Source: Eledone cirrhosa (lineage: Eukaryota). Taken from it: a DNA stretch of 64,000 nt. A model generated the notes under the pieces. It saw only the letters and a list, made by a program, of their open reading frames with translations. It was not told the DNA's origin and searched no databases. A program made the position numbers and the translations under genes. The stretch spans positions 134,602,001-134,666,000 of the forward strand of contig OZ024745.1 of the NCBI GenBank assembly GCA_964016885.1. Reading direction: 5' to 3'. Of the stretch, positions 1 through 12,098 are shown one piece after another (the first letter of the stretch is position 1; each line of letters opens with the position of its first letter).

Positions 1-689
1 TTGCTCCGTTCGGTTGTAGGTGTCTAAACAGCCGGAGCTCAGCCGTCGGGGTCTTGACTCTGTTCCTTATGACCCTCTATACGACCGTAAATATCGAGTA
101 CTCCGGTGCGGTATGGTCCACGTGGTATGATGTATATATAATACATATTCTCTTACCTAGATAACCTAAACCTATAACATGTTTTGCAATAGTTTCCTAT
201 CTGATTAGCATTAGGTTCGATCCTACATTTTAATTTTCAACCCTCTAGCCTTATGGCGCCAATTTAAGTTGTTTTTAAGGTCAGGCAGGTCAGAAATGTT
301 TTATCATTGTTATTACTGTTTAACTGAGACTTTTTGAAACGAACCTGCACCCACCCTCCATTTACTCAAGCCGACATGACTTAGCCTTGATGAAATAAAT
401 AAACGATACGAAAGAAAATACACAACCGTGGTGAGACGTGTACACAGATACATATATTTTCCGACACCATCGGCAATTTTCAACAACAACAACACCACCA
501 CCATGATGGTAGTTTTGGTGGTGGTGGTGTTGTTTATGTTGATGGTATGGTGGTGATGTTACACACACTCACATACATACTACAACTGCAAAAATTAAGA
601 AACGGGAAGAGGAGGGTGGTAGGAAAAACTAGTGTCGCAAAAGAGAGGGTAGAGGTGAAGGGAGAGGATGATGGGGCTTCGGGCGTAGA

Positions 690-812
690 GGCCTAAGAGC
701 CGTGCCTCTCGGACAATGGCCAGCGACACCCGCTGCAACAGCCAGCCAACAACGTTCCGACGTTGTTTTGGAGCTCGGCTGTACGGGGTCGAAGTACGAG
801 TGAGGTGTCGGC
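690..812 (-). mobile_element. Decayed C-terminal fragment of a CRE-type (restriction-like endonuclease) non-LTR retrotransposon
   Basis: Manual minus-strand translation gives DTSLVLRPRTAELQNNVGTL...GWLLQRVSLAIVR. This matches ETSGVLDPRATSLLTTIGAEL...EWLFQRVSLAVLRGNA in the 25279-25662 ORF. Confidence 0.6.
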
Positions 813-915
813 GGTGGTGACCTTCCCTCGTATTTGTTTATTTTCCGTTATTTTTTTTTTTTTGTGAGGCTGGCGGAGAACGTGTCACAAGATGTGGTGT
901 CACCATCTCCACAGA

Positions 916-1065
916 GTCGGGCCGCTGACTGCGAGGTTCCTCTCTTCACTGGCGGCTCGCCTAATAGAGGTAACTGGCGAGGGCGCTTGTTTCTTCCAGC
1001 ACCTCAGCCTCGCCATCACTCGAGCTAACACTGCCAGTGTGCTGGCTTGCCTCAAATTTTTTTAG
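916..1065 (+). mobile_element. C-terminal fragment of a second, divergent CRE-type LINE
   Basis: Manual translation gives VGPLTARFLSSLAARLIEVTGEGACFFQHLSLAITRANTASVLACLKFF*, resembling the FQRLSLAIxRGNAxS terminal motif of CRE-clade proteins. Confidence 0.7.
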
Positions 1066-1169
1066 AGAGGTTGCCCAGTACCCTTGGCTGCTGTCTTTTG
1101 CTCTGGTGTTGGCTCCGTTTTGCACCCCTTCAATTTATACTGTTACTTAAGCATTTGTAGTGTTATGTA

Positions 1170-1540
1170 TATATTTAAAACATATTTATGTTATTCTACT
1201 GTAAATTTATTTATATGCTTTGTATATATCATATGTGTTTATATTTTCACTCCCATTTGTAACGTTATTTAATATATAATAATTGTTTCTACTTTTGGCA
1301 CAAGGCCGGCAAATATTCAGTGTATTACTGGTACTTTATTTAATATATAATAACATTTCAAATTGTAAGATGTAAATAATTGTTCCAAATGTATTTAGTT
1401 GATAACAAACTATCAAATTTCTTTTATTCACAGTTGTATAAATAACATTAGAAATCGTTTGCAATTCTTTCAGAATGAAAATATAAACAGAGCATATAAA
1501 TAAATTTACAGTAGAATAACAAATATGTTTTAAATACAGT
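1170..1540. repeat. AT-rich inverted repeat (foldback/MITE-like) enclosing a SINE fragment
   Basis: TATTTAAAACATATTT..GTTATTCTACTGTAAATTTATTTATATGC at about 1172-1218 is the reverse complement of about 1491-1536. The structure recurs in the 37.3 kb copy. Confidence 0.7.
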
Positions 1541-2149
1541 GATACCTTGAGATACGAGTGAACCGACATACGAGTTTTTTTTTAGATACGAGCTAGCGCG
1601 TGCCTGAGAGGGGTGCAGAATTAATTTCACCCGGTGAACCCCAACCAAAGTTACACCCGTCGTTTATATCCGTAAAGTGACTAAAGATTAAAACAAATGT
1701 AATATATTTACGGTTAGGGTTGAGGCAATACTTGGTTTTAGTGTCTTAAATTATCATCGACATTCAGTTATTAGCTCCACGCACTACACGACACGTCATC
1801 AGCTGCTGCTGCTTGATTTTTACATGTTAATTTTACACGAAAAAACATTGAATTTTTAGAATAAATATTTATTAAAATATTAACAGAGAAAATTAGATTT
1901 TTGATTTAATTTTTTAACAAAATAAATATTTATTTACAGTTTTTCACAGAAAAACTATGCTTCATTTTTACATGAATATTTATTTACAGTTTTTAACAGA
2001 AAAAATATTGCTGCGAAATACATTTTTTTTTTAACAGATTTACAGTTTTTAACAGAAAAAAAAATTCGTTAAACAATATATTTTTTTACCTGTGCAATTG
2101 TATGCGTGATGTATGTAGTGAATGGGTTGAGCAAAATCTGGCGATACTC

Positions 2150-2393
2150 GGTGTATGATCCATACAGATGAGTGGCGGGTATGCCAAATTTGCCTGGTCG
2201 TTATACACATCTCACTGTCAATCATTCAAAAAGCATTTCGTTGATCCCATATCAAGTACATACACGCAAAATATTGAGGGGGGTGTGGTCTGATGCCAAC
2301 AAGAAACTAAAACGCATCAATGGTACCAGCCGACCAATATTTCAGTCGTATTTAAGGCAGTTTGAGTGGCAATGTCACGTATCCAACTGGTGA
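2150..2393 (+). mobile_element. Merlin/ISXO2 (IS1595-family) transposase remnant, frameshifted
   Basis: Across frameshifts it reads IHTDEWR/GYANLPGRYTHLTVNHSK/HFVDPISSTYTQNIEG/VWSDANKKLKRINGTSRPIFQSYLRQFEWQ. This fits the TD-W--Y, VNHS, FVDP, NxIE-xW and YL-xF-W motifs of Merlin transposases. Confidence 0.85.
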
Positions 2394-2811
2394 AGGTAAA
2401 TGTTTCGAAAAAAATGTAGTTGTTCTAATGCAGTTTATATATAATATCGTCTTTGTTTTAATGCGTAGTGGAACTACGTCGCACCTCGCAATACCAACAT
2501 TTGCATACGCAATAATGTCAAACTGACCAATGGGAGGTTGCGTATGAATACATGGGCAATCTCACTCTCTTGTTAAAAACCCGAGACAGTCGTCGGGTGC
2601 CAGACAGATCGACACAGTTAACGCGTGAAGACGTATCTATAAAAATGGTGACCTGGCTGTAAAGAATACATCCTTCACACACATAAAAAAAATGTCGAGT
2701 TTACAATAACACAATATTTTGTTTGCACATGGCATTTTTGTCCAATGTGGCGACCCACCTCCTATTTCTTCATCACTTATTCTCGCGCTTTTACTTTGGC
2801 CAACATAAGCG

Positions 2812-4560
2812 GCAAGGGAGACGCGCTGGAAAAGCCACTCCAACTCGCGGGGCTCACACCTGCGGCTGGCCAGCTCAGCGCCTATGGTGGTGGTGAGTAA
2901 GGAGGTAGCCCTGGGGCCGAGGACACCAGAAGTCTCCACTTCCAGGGGTACGACCGCAAACCTGTCGGAGAGCGACCGATATGTGAGGAGTTTGGCCCCC
3001 TCAGCCTGACGTGCAGCAGAACCTGGGCCAGTCGCAGACTGCACCAGGTTGCAGCTGCAGAAAGTGTCGGTGCAAGTGGCATCCCAGACGAGGGGTTTGC
3101 CACCGCGGAACGGGAAGATGGTCATGCCATCTGGCCTTTTGCCGTCCCCTGGAGCTGGGAAGGGAAGCCTGCAGCGTCCAAGCCATGCTTAATGACTTCG
3201 TTGAGGGCAGCATGGCGTGGATTGCGGCTGGCACTGTGGCGACAGGAAAGCGGGTGGAGGCCGAAAGAGTTCATGGTGGAACGGCAGCGACATTGGTGTG
3301 AGGCCGAGCCTCAGGGAAACGCCGATGCGCAAGCTATGGTTGTCTAGCTGCGTGCCAGTGGAGAAGGCGGCCAAGCGTTCTCTGAACACAGAGGGTTCTG
3401 TTTTGTTTTGAAGAACCCTGCTGATGAGGATGTGGCACGAGGTTACCGACGAAAGATACGCCGGCAAAGCTAGTGAGATCTGGGACTGGAGGCCAAGGCC
3501 ACCATACCTGACAGGTAAAGTTGCATATCTCCTCGGCTACTGCTCGGATACAAGTATCGAGCTCAGCGAGGAGAGATGTCTGTGTGTAGCACAGAGTGTA
3601 TAGAGGAACTTCGGCATGGCATAGCAGTTCCTCAGTAGAAAGAGAACTGGGTGGCCATCAATCAAGCCCAGTCGGCTCGTGAGAGTCTGGACTTGATGGT
3701 GGACCTGATGGTGGAGCGGGTGGATTGGTGAGGGCATCCTCTTTGGGGGTCACCTGAACCTGGCGGAGAATGGACCGCACGTCCAAGACGGAGACTGCAA
3801 AGCTTGCAGCATCGAGGCTGACATTCACCACCTCCGACTTGGCTGAGTTGACCTGGAGGTCGATTCCCGCCAGGGCAGGAACCACCGATTGAAGGTCATG
3901 GCAGACCGCCTGTACGGGCCCACCCAAAGTAGCATCATCCAGATACCAAACGTTGAGAGGGGCCGTTATACTCCGGGCGATGTGGTCAATACCAAGGGTG
4001 AACAGGAGGGGTCCCAAAGGGTTGCCCTGTTGGATCCCAGTAGCCGAGGGTATGACCGTATCAGCAGCAAGGCGCATGCTCGGGGCTCCATATGACAGCT
4101 AGGCAGAGGGGGCTCGGCTGAGGCAGGCCTCGAGCAGATGATCCCAGCGTAAAGAGTTGAAGGCATTCCTCATGTCAAACTTGACAATGAGGTGGCTGGA
4201 GTCCCTGGATGCCGGTTCAGAGTGTTACGGACTTGCAGATCACCTTGGCAGCCAGCCTCCGGAAGACATTGCCCACAGCAATGGGGCGTATGCCAATCTC
4301 TTTCTTCCTGAGAGCGGTGAGGCTGGCCGAAAAAAAGAGGCCTCGAGCATAAGAGTCCAGGGCGCCATGGATGAGCCTATTGGTGAGCGCCACAATTGCA
4401 CTCAGAAGGCGGCGCCCGGCCTCAGCGGAGAGGGGAGATATCAACTCCTTGAGGAGGCCTAGTCAGAGACCATCAACATCTCCGCAGCTGCTAGCTGGGA
4501 AGGACCTGATGGCGGACATGATGTCTGCATCAGAAGCCACAAGGAGCAAGTGTGGATTAC
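2812..4560 (-). mobile_element. CRE-clade non-LTR retrotransposon (RT + restriction-like endonuclease), decayed and truncated at both ends
   Basis: GC-rich segment with motifs IRPIAVGNVFRRLAAK, GIQQGNPLGPLLF, WYLDD, DGMTIFPFRGGKPLVWDATC and WLFQRVSLA. It has an internal deletion of about 235 bp relative to the 25.3-27.4 kb copy. Confidence 0.85.
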
Positions 4561-4629
4561 AATACAAAACCTCTGAGAATGATTTCTAAGATATTTCACC
4601 ATAATTAATTTTCATCAATATATGTTAAT

Positions 4630-4915
4630 ATTATTATTGTTTATTAGGTCAGGTGGATTGGCCAGAACAATTCTACTCTTCTTTTTTAGATGTCACGATT
4701 TTTCATGGCATTCCTGAGATCATTAATCTCCAGCTGGAGATCCAGAGACATCTGATGTATGTAGGTGAACCTCAGTCATCCCACTTGGGTCTTACTATGT
4801 TTAGGTATCCACCACAAGAGCCAGCTCATCAGGTCATCCTACCCTCAGCAGCAATGTCCAGCATCTATTGACTTCCGCTCCCTAGTTATTGTGGTAATCT
4901 TCGATATCTGGGAAT
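4630..4915 (-). mobile_element. 3' end of an RTE-X-like LINE
   Basis: The minus strand reads AGHC..LWWIPKH..RFTYIHQMSLDLQLEINDLRNAMKNRDI*KRRV, followed by a TAA-repeat tail. A second copy lies at about 27415-27700. Confidence 0.55.
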
Positions 4916-5002
4916 ATATTTCTTCTACTTAAGGGAGTAATAAATATATAGTTTAAAAAAAAACATATATATACACACACATATATATATGTTGTCATTT
5001 AT

Positions 5003-5146
5003 AAGAGTTCTCTATCAAAAGCCTTCTCTATGTCCAAAGCTAAGTATAGTGGCTTATTTTTCTCTAAGAACCTCTTTTGTAGTTGTCTCACTAAGAAGAG
5101 GGCATCTGTTGTACTTTTCAGAGGCACAAAACCAAACTGCATCTCA
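5003..5146 (-). mobile_element. Short RTE RT fragment
   Basis: EMQFGFVPLKSTTDALFLVRQLQ...KAFDR. A second copy lies at about 27787-27930. Confidence 0.8.
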
Positions 5147-5184
5147 TACACATACATACATCATACATACATATACACATACAT

Positions 5185-5543
5185 GCATCATCATCATCAT
5201 CATCATCTTCATCATTTCGTTTTAAGTCCGCTTTTTCCCTGCTTGCAAGGGTGGGACGGGAACTGATTCTGGCTTGATTTCTACAGCTGGATGCCCTTCC
5301 TAACACCAACCTCATTTACAGTGAGTGCTGGGTGCTTTTTTGCCGTGGCACCTCCACGACCACTTTGCAGTGGAATGATATGGACCCCAGTCCCTATCAT
5401 CTCATTTCTACAGCTGAGTAAACTGGAGCAATGTGAAATAAAGTGTCTTGCTCAAGGAAACAACACATCACCTGGTCTGAGAATTGAACTCACAACCTTT
5501 CGATTGCCAGGCCAATGCTCTAACCACTAAGCCATGTGCCTCC
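5185..5543 (-). mobile_element. tRNA-derived CORE-type SINE with RTE-derived 3' tail
   Basis: On the minus strand: A box TGGCTTAGTGG, B box GAGTTCAATTC, CORE-like CCTTGAGCAAGACACTT, and tail CCCTTGCAAGCAGGGAAAAAGCGGAC..(GAT)n shared with RTE ends in this window. Confidence 0.85.
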
Positions 5544-6066
5544 ATATACATATACATACACATACATATACATACATATATATATATATACATACATACA
5601 TATATACACATACATACATACACATACATACATACATACATACATATACATACATACACATACATAAGCATATACACATAAGTATATATACATATACACA
5701 CGTATATATACATATACATACATACATATATACATATATACATATACATACATATATATACATATACATACATACATATATACATATATATATACATACA
5801 TACACACATACATATATACATATATATATACATACATACACACATATACATACATATATACATATACACATACATACATATACACATACATACATATACA
5901 TACACATACATATATATATATATATACATAAACACACATATATACATACACACACATATACATATACACATATATACACATACATACACATACATATACA
6001 TACATATACACATATACATATACACTCATATATACATATACATACATACACACACATACATACATA
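5544..6066. repeat. Compound (TA/CA/TACA)n microsatellite
   Basis: Directly visible. It produces the spurious YIH/MYV ORFs. Confidence 0.95.
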
Positions 6067-6159
6067 AAGACAAATCCACCTCATGGACGAGAATGCAAGG
6101 GCTCCTCCTCTTTGTTTCGGCCGCGGATGGCTAACATAACCCCATCCCCGCTCCCCACC

Positions 6160-6610
6160 GCTCTCTCTCTCCCTCTCTCTCTCTCTTCTCTCTCCTACAT
6201 CTATCTCTCTGGCTCTTTCTCTTTTAGTCCCTCTCTCTCTCTCTCTCCTACATCTATCTCCTTCTCTCCCTCCCTCTCTCTCCTACATCTATCTCTCTGG
6301 CTCTTTTTTAGTCTCTCTCTCTCCTTCTCTCTCCTACATCTATCTCTCTGGCTCTTTCTCTTTTAGTCTCTCTCTGGCTCTCTCTCTCTCTCCTTCTCTC
6401 TCCTACATCTATCTCTCTGGTTCTTTCTATTTTAGTCTCTCTCTCCCTACATCTATCTCTCTCTCTCTCCTTCTCTCTCTCTCCTACATCTATCTCTCTG
6501 GCTCTTTCTCTTTTAGTCTCTCTCTGACTCTCTCTCTCTTCCCTACATCTATCTCTCTGGCTCTTTCTCTTTTAGTCTCTCTCTCTCCCTCCCCTTCTCT
6601 CTCTCTCTCG
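6160..6610. repeat. CT-rich minisatellite
   Basis: Recurring CCTACATCTATCTCTCTGGCTCTTTCTCTTTTAGT embedded in (CT)n. Confidence 0.9.
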
Positions 6611-6699
6611 CTCCTATAAGGTCATGTAATTCAGCATTGTGGCTTTCTCTAATATGTGAAAATAAAGGCTAGCTTTTAACTGACAAGTAATTAGATAGA

Positions 6700-9594
6700 T
6701 ACAAAGCTAAATCTAACCTAAATCTAAGTTAATCTAAGCTAAATCTAGGCTAAATCGAAGCTAAATCTAAGCCAAATCGAAGCTAAATCTAAGCTAAATC
6801 TCACCTACATCTAAGCTAAATCTAACCTAATCTTAGCTAAATCGAAGCTAATTCTAATCTAAATCTAACCTAAATCTGAACCTAATCTCAGCTAAATCTG
6901 AGGTAAATTTTAGTTAAATCTAAGCTAAATCTTAGCTAAATCTAAGCTAAATAAAAGCTATATCTTAGCTAAATCTAGGGTAAATCTTAGCTACAGCTAA
7001 GCTAAATCAACACTAAATCTAAGTCAAATCTCAGCTAAATCTAACCTAAATCTAACCTAAATATGAGCTAAATGTATGGTAAATCTCGCCCAAATCTAAT
7101 TTAAATATAGGCTAAATCTAACCTAAATCTCATCTAAATCTAAGCCAAATCTCAGCTAAATCTAAGCTAAATCTGATGTAAATCTAAGTTAAATCTCAGC
7201 TAAATCTCGGCTAAATCTAAGCTAAATCTAAACTAAATCTAAGCCAAATCTAAGCTAATTCTAAGCTAAATCTAAGCATAATCTAACCTAAATCTAAACT
7301 AAATCTAACCTAAATCTTACCTAAATCTAAGTTAATCTAAGCTAAATCTAGGCTAAATCGAAGCTAAAGCTACACTAAATCTAAGCCAAATCTCAGTTAA
7401 ATCTAAGTTAAATCTAAGCTAAATCTCACCTAAATCTAAGCTAAATCTAACCTAAATCTTACCTTAATCTAAGTTAATATAAGCTAAATCTAGGCTAAAT
7501 CTAAGCTAAATCTTAGCTAAATCTAAGCTAAATCTCACCTATATCTAAGCTAAATCTAAGTTAAATACAAGCTAAATCTAACCTAAATATTAGCTTAATC
7601 TACGATAAATCTCACATAAATTTAAGTTAAATCTAGGCTAAACCTAAGCTTAATCTAAGCTAAATCTATGCTAAATCAAAGCTAATTCTAAGCTAAATTT
7701 AAGTTAAATCTAAGGTAAATTCACATAAATCTAAGCTAAATCTGAGCTAAATCTCACCGAAATCTAAGCTAAATCTCACCTAACCCTCAGCTAAATCTCA
7801 CATAAATCTAAGCTAAATCTCACCTAAATCTAACCAAAATCTTAGCTAAATCTAAGCTTAATCTAAGCTAAATCTAAGGTAATTCTAACCTAAATCTACG
7901 CTAAATCTAAACCAAATCTCAGCTAAATCTAAGCTAAATCTAAGCTAAATCTGAGGTAAATCTAAGTTAAATCTAAGCTAAATCTCACTCTAAGCTAAAT
8001 AAAAGCTATATCTAAGCTAAATGTAGGCTAAATCTCAGCTAGATCTAAGCTAAATCAACGCTAAATCTCACCTAAATCTAAGCTAAATCTAACCTAAATC
8101 TTAGCTAAATCTAAGCTTAATCTAAGCTAAATCAAATTCTAACCTAAACCTAAGTTAAATCTAAACCAAATCTCAGCTAAATCTGAGGTAAATCTAAGTT
8201 AAATCTAAGTTAAATCTAAGCTAAATCTCACTCTAAGCTAAATAAAAGCTATATCTAAGCTAAATGTAGGCTAAATCTAAGCCAAATCTCAGCTAAATCT
8301 AAGGTAAATCTAAGCTAAATCGAAGCCAAATCTAAGCTAAGTATTAGCTAAATCTAAGGTAAATCTCGCCCAAATCTAATTTAAATCTAGACTAGACCTA
8401 AGCTAGATCTAAGCTAAATCTCAGCTAAATCTTAGCTATATCTGATGTAAATGTAAGCTAAATCTAAACTAAATCCTAATTTAAATCTCAGCTAAATCTT
8501 AGCTAACCCTCAGCTAAATCTAGCTAAATCTAAGCTAAATCTAAGCTAAATCTAAGCTAAATCACACATAAATCTAAGTTAAATCTAGGCAAAACCTAAG
8601 CTTAACCTAAGCTAAATCTAAGCTTAATCTAAACTAAATCTAAGCTAAATCTGACCTAATTCTAACCTAAATCTAAGCTAAATCTGAGGTAAATCTTAGT
8701 TAAATCTAAGCTAAATCTTAGCTAAATCTAAGTTAATCTCACCTAAATCTAAGCTAAATAAAAGCTATATCTAAGCTAAATCTTAGTTAAATCTAAGCTA
8801 AATCAACACTAAATCTCAGCTAAATCTAAGCTAAATCTCACCTAAATCTAAGCTACATCTAAGCTAAATCTGATGTAAATCTAAGTTAAATCTCGGCTAA
8901 ATCTAAGCTAAATCTAAACTAAATCTTAGCCAAATCTAAGCTAAATCAAAGCTAATTCTAAGCTAAATCTCACCTAAATCTAACCTAAGTCTAAGCTAAA
9001 TCTAAGCATAATCTAACCTAAATCTTAAGTAAATCTAAGCCAAATCTTAGCTAAATCTAAGCTAAATCTAAATTAAATCTAAGCTAAATCTAACCTAAAT
9101 ATTAGCTCAATTTAAGCTAAATCTAGGCTAAATCTGATCTACATCTAAACTAAATCTCAGCTAAATATTAGCTAAATCTAAGCTAAATAAAAGATAAATC
9201 TAAGCTACATCCCCACCTAAATCTAAGCTAAATATAAGCTAAATCTAACCCAAATCTAAGGTAAATCTTACCTAAATCTAAGTTAATCTAAGCTAAATCT
9301 AGGCTAAATCGAAGCTAAAGCTACGCTAAATCTAAGCCAAAACTCAGGTAATTCTAAGCTAAATCTAAGCTAAATCTTAGCTAAATCTAAGGTAAATCTC
9401 ACCTATATCTAAGCTAATTCTAAACCAAATCTCAGCTAAATCTAAGCTAAATCTGAGGTAAATCTAAGTTAAATCTAAGCTAAATCTCACCTAAATCTAA
9501 GCTAAATAAAAGCTATATCTAAGCTAAATGTAGGCTAAATCTAAGCTAAAGCTAAGCTAAATCAAGACTAAATCTAAGCCAAATCTCAGCTAAA
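6700..9594. repeat. 11-bp satellite (TAAATCTAAGC)n, about 2.9 kb
   Basis: Roughly 260 diverged monomers with recurring variant blocks. Confidence 0.95.
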
Positions 9595-10885
9595 GTCCTG
9601 GATTGAACTTACAGACAAGGTTCTCACCATCTCTGGTACTTCCCACTAAGCTACCGAGACTGACACAAAGACTTACTGAAAATTAATTTTTATAAACCTA
9701 CTTTCATTTTTAATTTTCCTTTTACGTCTCTTAGAAAAAACTGAAAATCTTTGGTGAGAACCCCAATGTCTATTTATCTAATATAATTTAATTAATTTAA
9801 TTTAATTTAGTTAAATTGTCGAAACCACTGGTGATCTAAAGATGGAGGAGACAGATAAAATAGACATATTGTCTCCTCGACCTTTAGATCTTCAATGTTT
9901 TCGACAATTTAACTAAAATAAAAAATGAAATTAAATATAATTAAATAAATAGGGGTTCTCTTTTTCAAAGAGATATAGAAAGAAAATTAAAAAAAGATTA
10001 ACATTACACCTTACATGTATCACATGGACCAGGATTGAACCTCAGTCCTCAATTCAACCCTCAGACCAGGACTGAACAGGATCTCACCATCTCTGGTACT
10101 TCACACTAAGCTACCGAGACTGACACAAAGATTTACTGAAAATTAATATTTATAAACCTACTTTCAAAATTCAATTAATAAAATTAATTTTATTTTGAAA
10201 GTAGGTTTATAAATATTAAATTTGAGTAGACCCTTGTAGCAGTCTTGGTGGCTTAGTGGGAAGTACCAGAGATGGTGAGATCCTTGTCTGTAGGTTCAAT
10301 CCAGGACATGGGTTCAATCCTTGCTTGGACACATGTCTAATGTTTCCTTTTTACATCTCTTAGAAAAAACTGAAAATCTTTGGTGAGAACCCCAATGTCT
10401 ATTTATCTAATATAATTTAATTAATTTAATTTAATTTAATTTTTATTTTAGTGAAATTGTCGAAACCACTGGCGATCTAAATTTGGAGGAGACAGATGAA
10501 ATAAACATTATATTATCTCCTCAACCTTTAGATTGGCCGTAGTTTCAACAATTTAACTAAAATAAAAAATTAAATTAAATATAATTAAATAAGTAGGGGT
10601 TCTCTTTTTCAAAAAGATATAGAAGGAAAATTAAAAAAGATTAATATTATTCCTTATGTGTATCTCAACGGCCAGGATTGAACCTTAATCCTCGATTCAA
10701 TGCAGAGACCACAATTGAACACTGAGACCAGGATCTCACCATCTCTGGTACATCCCATTAAGCTACCAAGACTGACACAAAGATTTACTGAAAATTAATA
10801 TTTATAAACCTACTTTCAAAATTAAATTAAATTAAATTAAAAATAAAATGAAATAAATCGACATTGGGGTTCTAAACTTTAATAT
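9595..10885. mobile_element. Cluster of palindromic elements with tRNA-like heads (one rearranged copy and one full copy)
   Basis: Heads GGTGGCTTAGTGGGAAGTACCAGAGATGGTGAG..GGTTCAATCC occur in both orientations. Central hairpins lie at about 9810-9914 and 10450-10558. Confidence 0.7.
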
Positions 10886-11299
10886 ATATATATTTCTCAT
10901 TCTTTCTTCTGATGAAGGACTAGCGTCCAAAGACCCTCTTCCTGCTATATCAAGTGTACCGATATACTGTACCGATTGTGTTGTTATTTCTGTTTAGCTT
11001 TTATATACATATATAACTGATAGCAGATGTTCTGGTGAAATAGTGGTTTTACTGCTACAGATTGTAATGGAACTCTTGGTGGACACAATTGTAAAGTAGG
11101 AATGGATGACAGTGTAAGACTGATGTCGGCAAAAGAAAATTGTGTCTATATATATATATATAATTGTTACACAAGAGATATAATTAGATTAATTAAAGTT
11201 ATAATGAAGACAGACATTAGATTAATTAAAGTTATAATGAAGACGGCGGGTACTCGGTGTCATTGAGAATGATTCAACTCTCTTACCGGTGTCATCAAT

Positions 11300-11600
11300 C
11301 CCGTAAGGATGAAAGGGTAATTCAACTCAGATCGTAAAGAGAGGTAAATCTATGCTTCAAAGCATGCCGTCCGACCCTCTACCAATACTGCCAATCCATT
11401 GCCAGAGGTATTTTAAATAATTGTTTCTACTTTTGGCATAAGACCAGCAATTTACACAGTGCATTACTGGTACTTTATTTTATCGATCCCGTAAGGATGA
11501 AAGGCAAAGTTAACATCGACGGGATTTGAACTCAGACTGTAAAGGGACGTAACTATGCTGGAAAACATGGCATCCAACTCTCTACTGATACTGCCAAATA
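11300..11600 (-). mobile_element. Two decayed tRNA-derived SINEs with a Nin/Deu-like domain
   Basis: The minus strand has CTTTCATCCTTACGGGATCGATAAAATAAAGTACCAG and a B box GAGTTCAAATCC. Related fragments occur at about 1280-1340 and 41100-41195. Confidence 0.6.
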
Positions 11601-12060
11601 ATAAAGAGTCATGATAACAATAACCTGAAATATAGGATTACGTTGACTATACGGAATGACCAGTTATATTAAATGGTGAACCAACAAACCTAAATGTATA
11701 TATATATATATACAAGAGGGAGAATGATAGTCTGACGGTCTTCCAGTTTATTCCGAAGTCTGTACAAAAGATTTGCTGTTGATTGTATAACTAAGTTGTA
11801 ATGGATAATATGACTGCTATTTCTAGCAGTAAGAGAGACTACATAGAGGTTTTCTATTGATGTATAATTGATATTTTACTGAGTGATACTTTCTGATTTA
11901 CAATCAATTAAATACGATTGGAACTGTGTCTGAAGGTATTCAATTATATCAGGGACTTTTAATGTATGACACCGGTACGAGAGTTAAAACATTCTCAACG
12001 ACACCGCATACCTGCTGTCTTCGTTATAATTTTAATTAATCTAATTATATCTTGTGTAAC

Positions 12061-12094
<34 letters not shown>

Positions 12095-12098
<4 letters not shown>

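Larger units (their letters stand above)
1105..2811 (+). repeat. Segmental duplication, near-identical to 37321-39008
   Basis: Same sequence from GGTGTTGGCTCCG to CATAAGCG. Identical spurious ORFs occur at 1448/37666 and 2172/38390. Confidence 0.95.

Noticed and set aside
1-130. Possible third CRE stub or exon at the window start
   Set aside because: Only a faint resemblance (ELRLFRHL), with stops in all minus frames.
330-365. Possible minus-strand first exon (ATGGAGGGTGGGTGCAG|GTTCGT)
   Set aside because: Too short to support without transcript data.
2780-2815. AYVGQSK as a GIY-YIG motif in ORF 2637-3125
   Set aside because: It arises from read-through across the duplication junction into the antisense of Gypsy-associated sequence.
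2812-4560. GC-rich island as bacterial contamination or horizontal gene transfer
   Set aside because: The motifs identify a eukaryotic CRE-type LINE embedded among host repeats.
5468-6084. Long ORFs in all frames (also 28244-29139, 36537-37003, 14176-14881)
   Set aside because: They are translations of micro- and minisatellites that lack stop codons.
10235-10325. tRNA genes at A/B-box motifs (also about 5470-5543, 13630, 24205-24275)
   Set aside because: No convincing cloverleaf or acceptor stem. They are repeat-borne tRNA-like heads.
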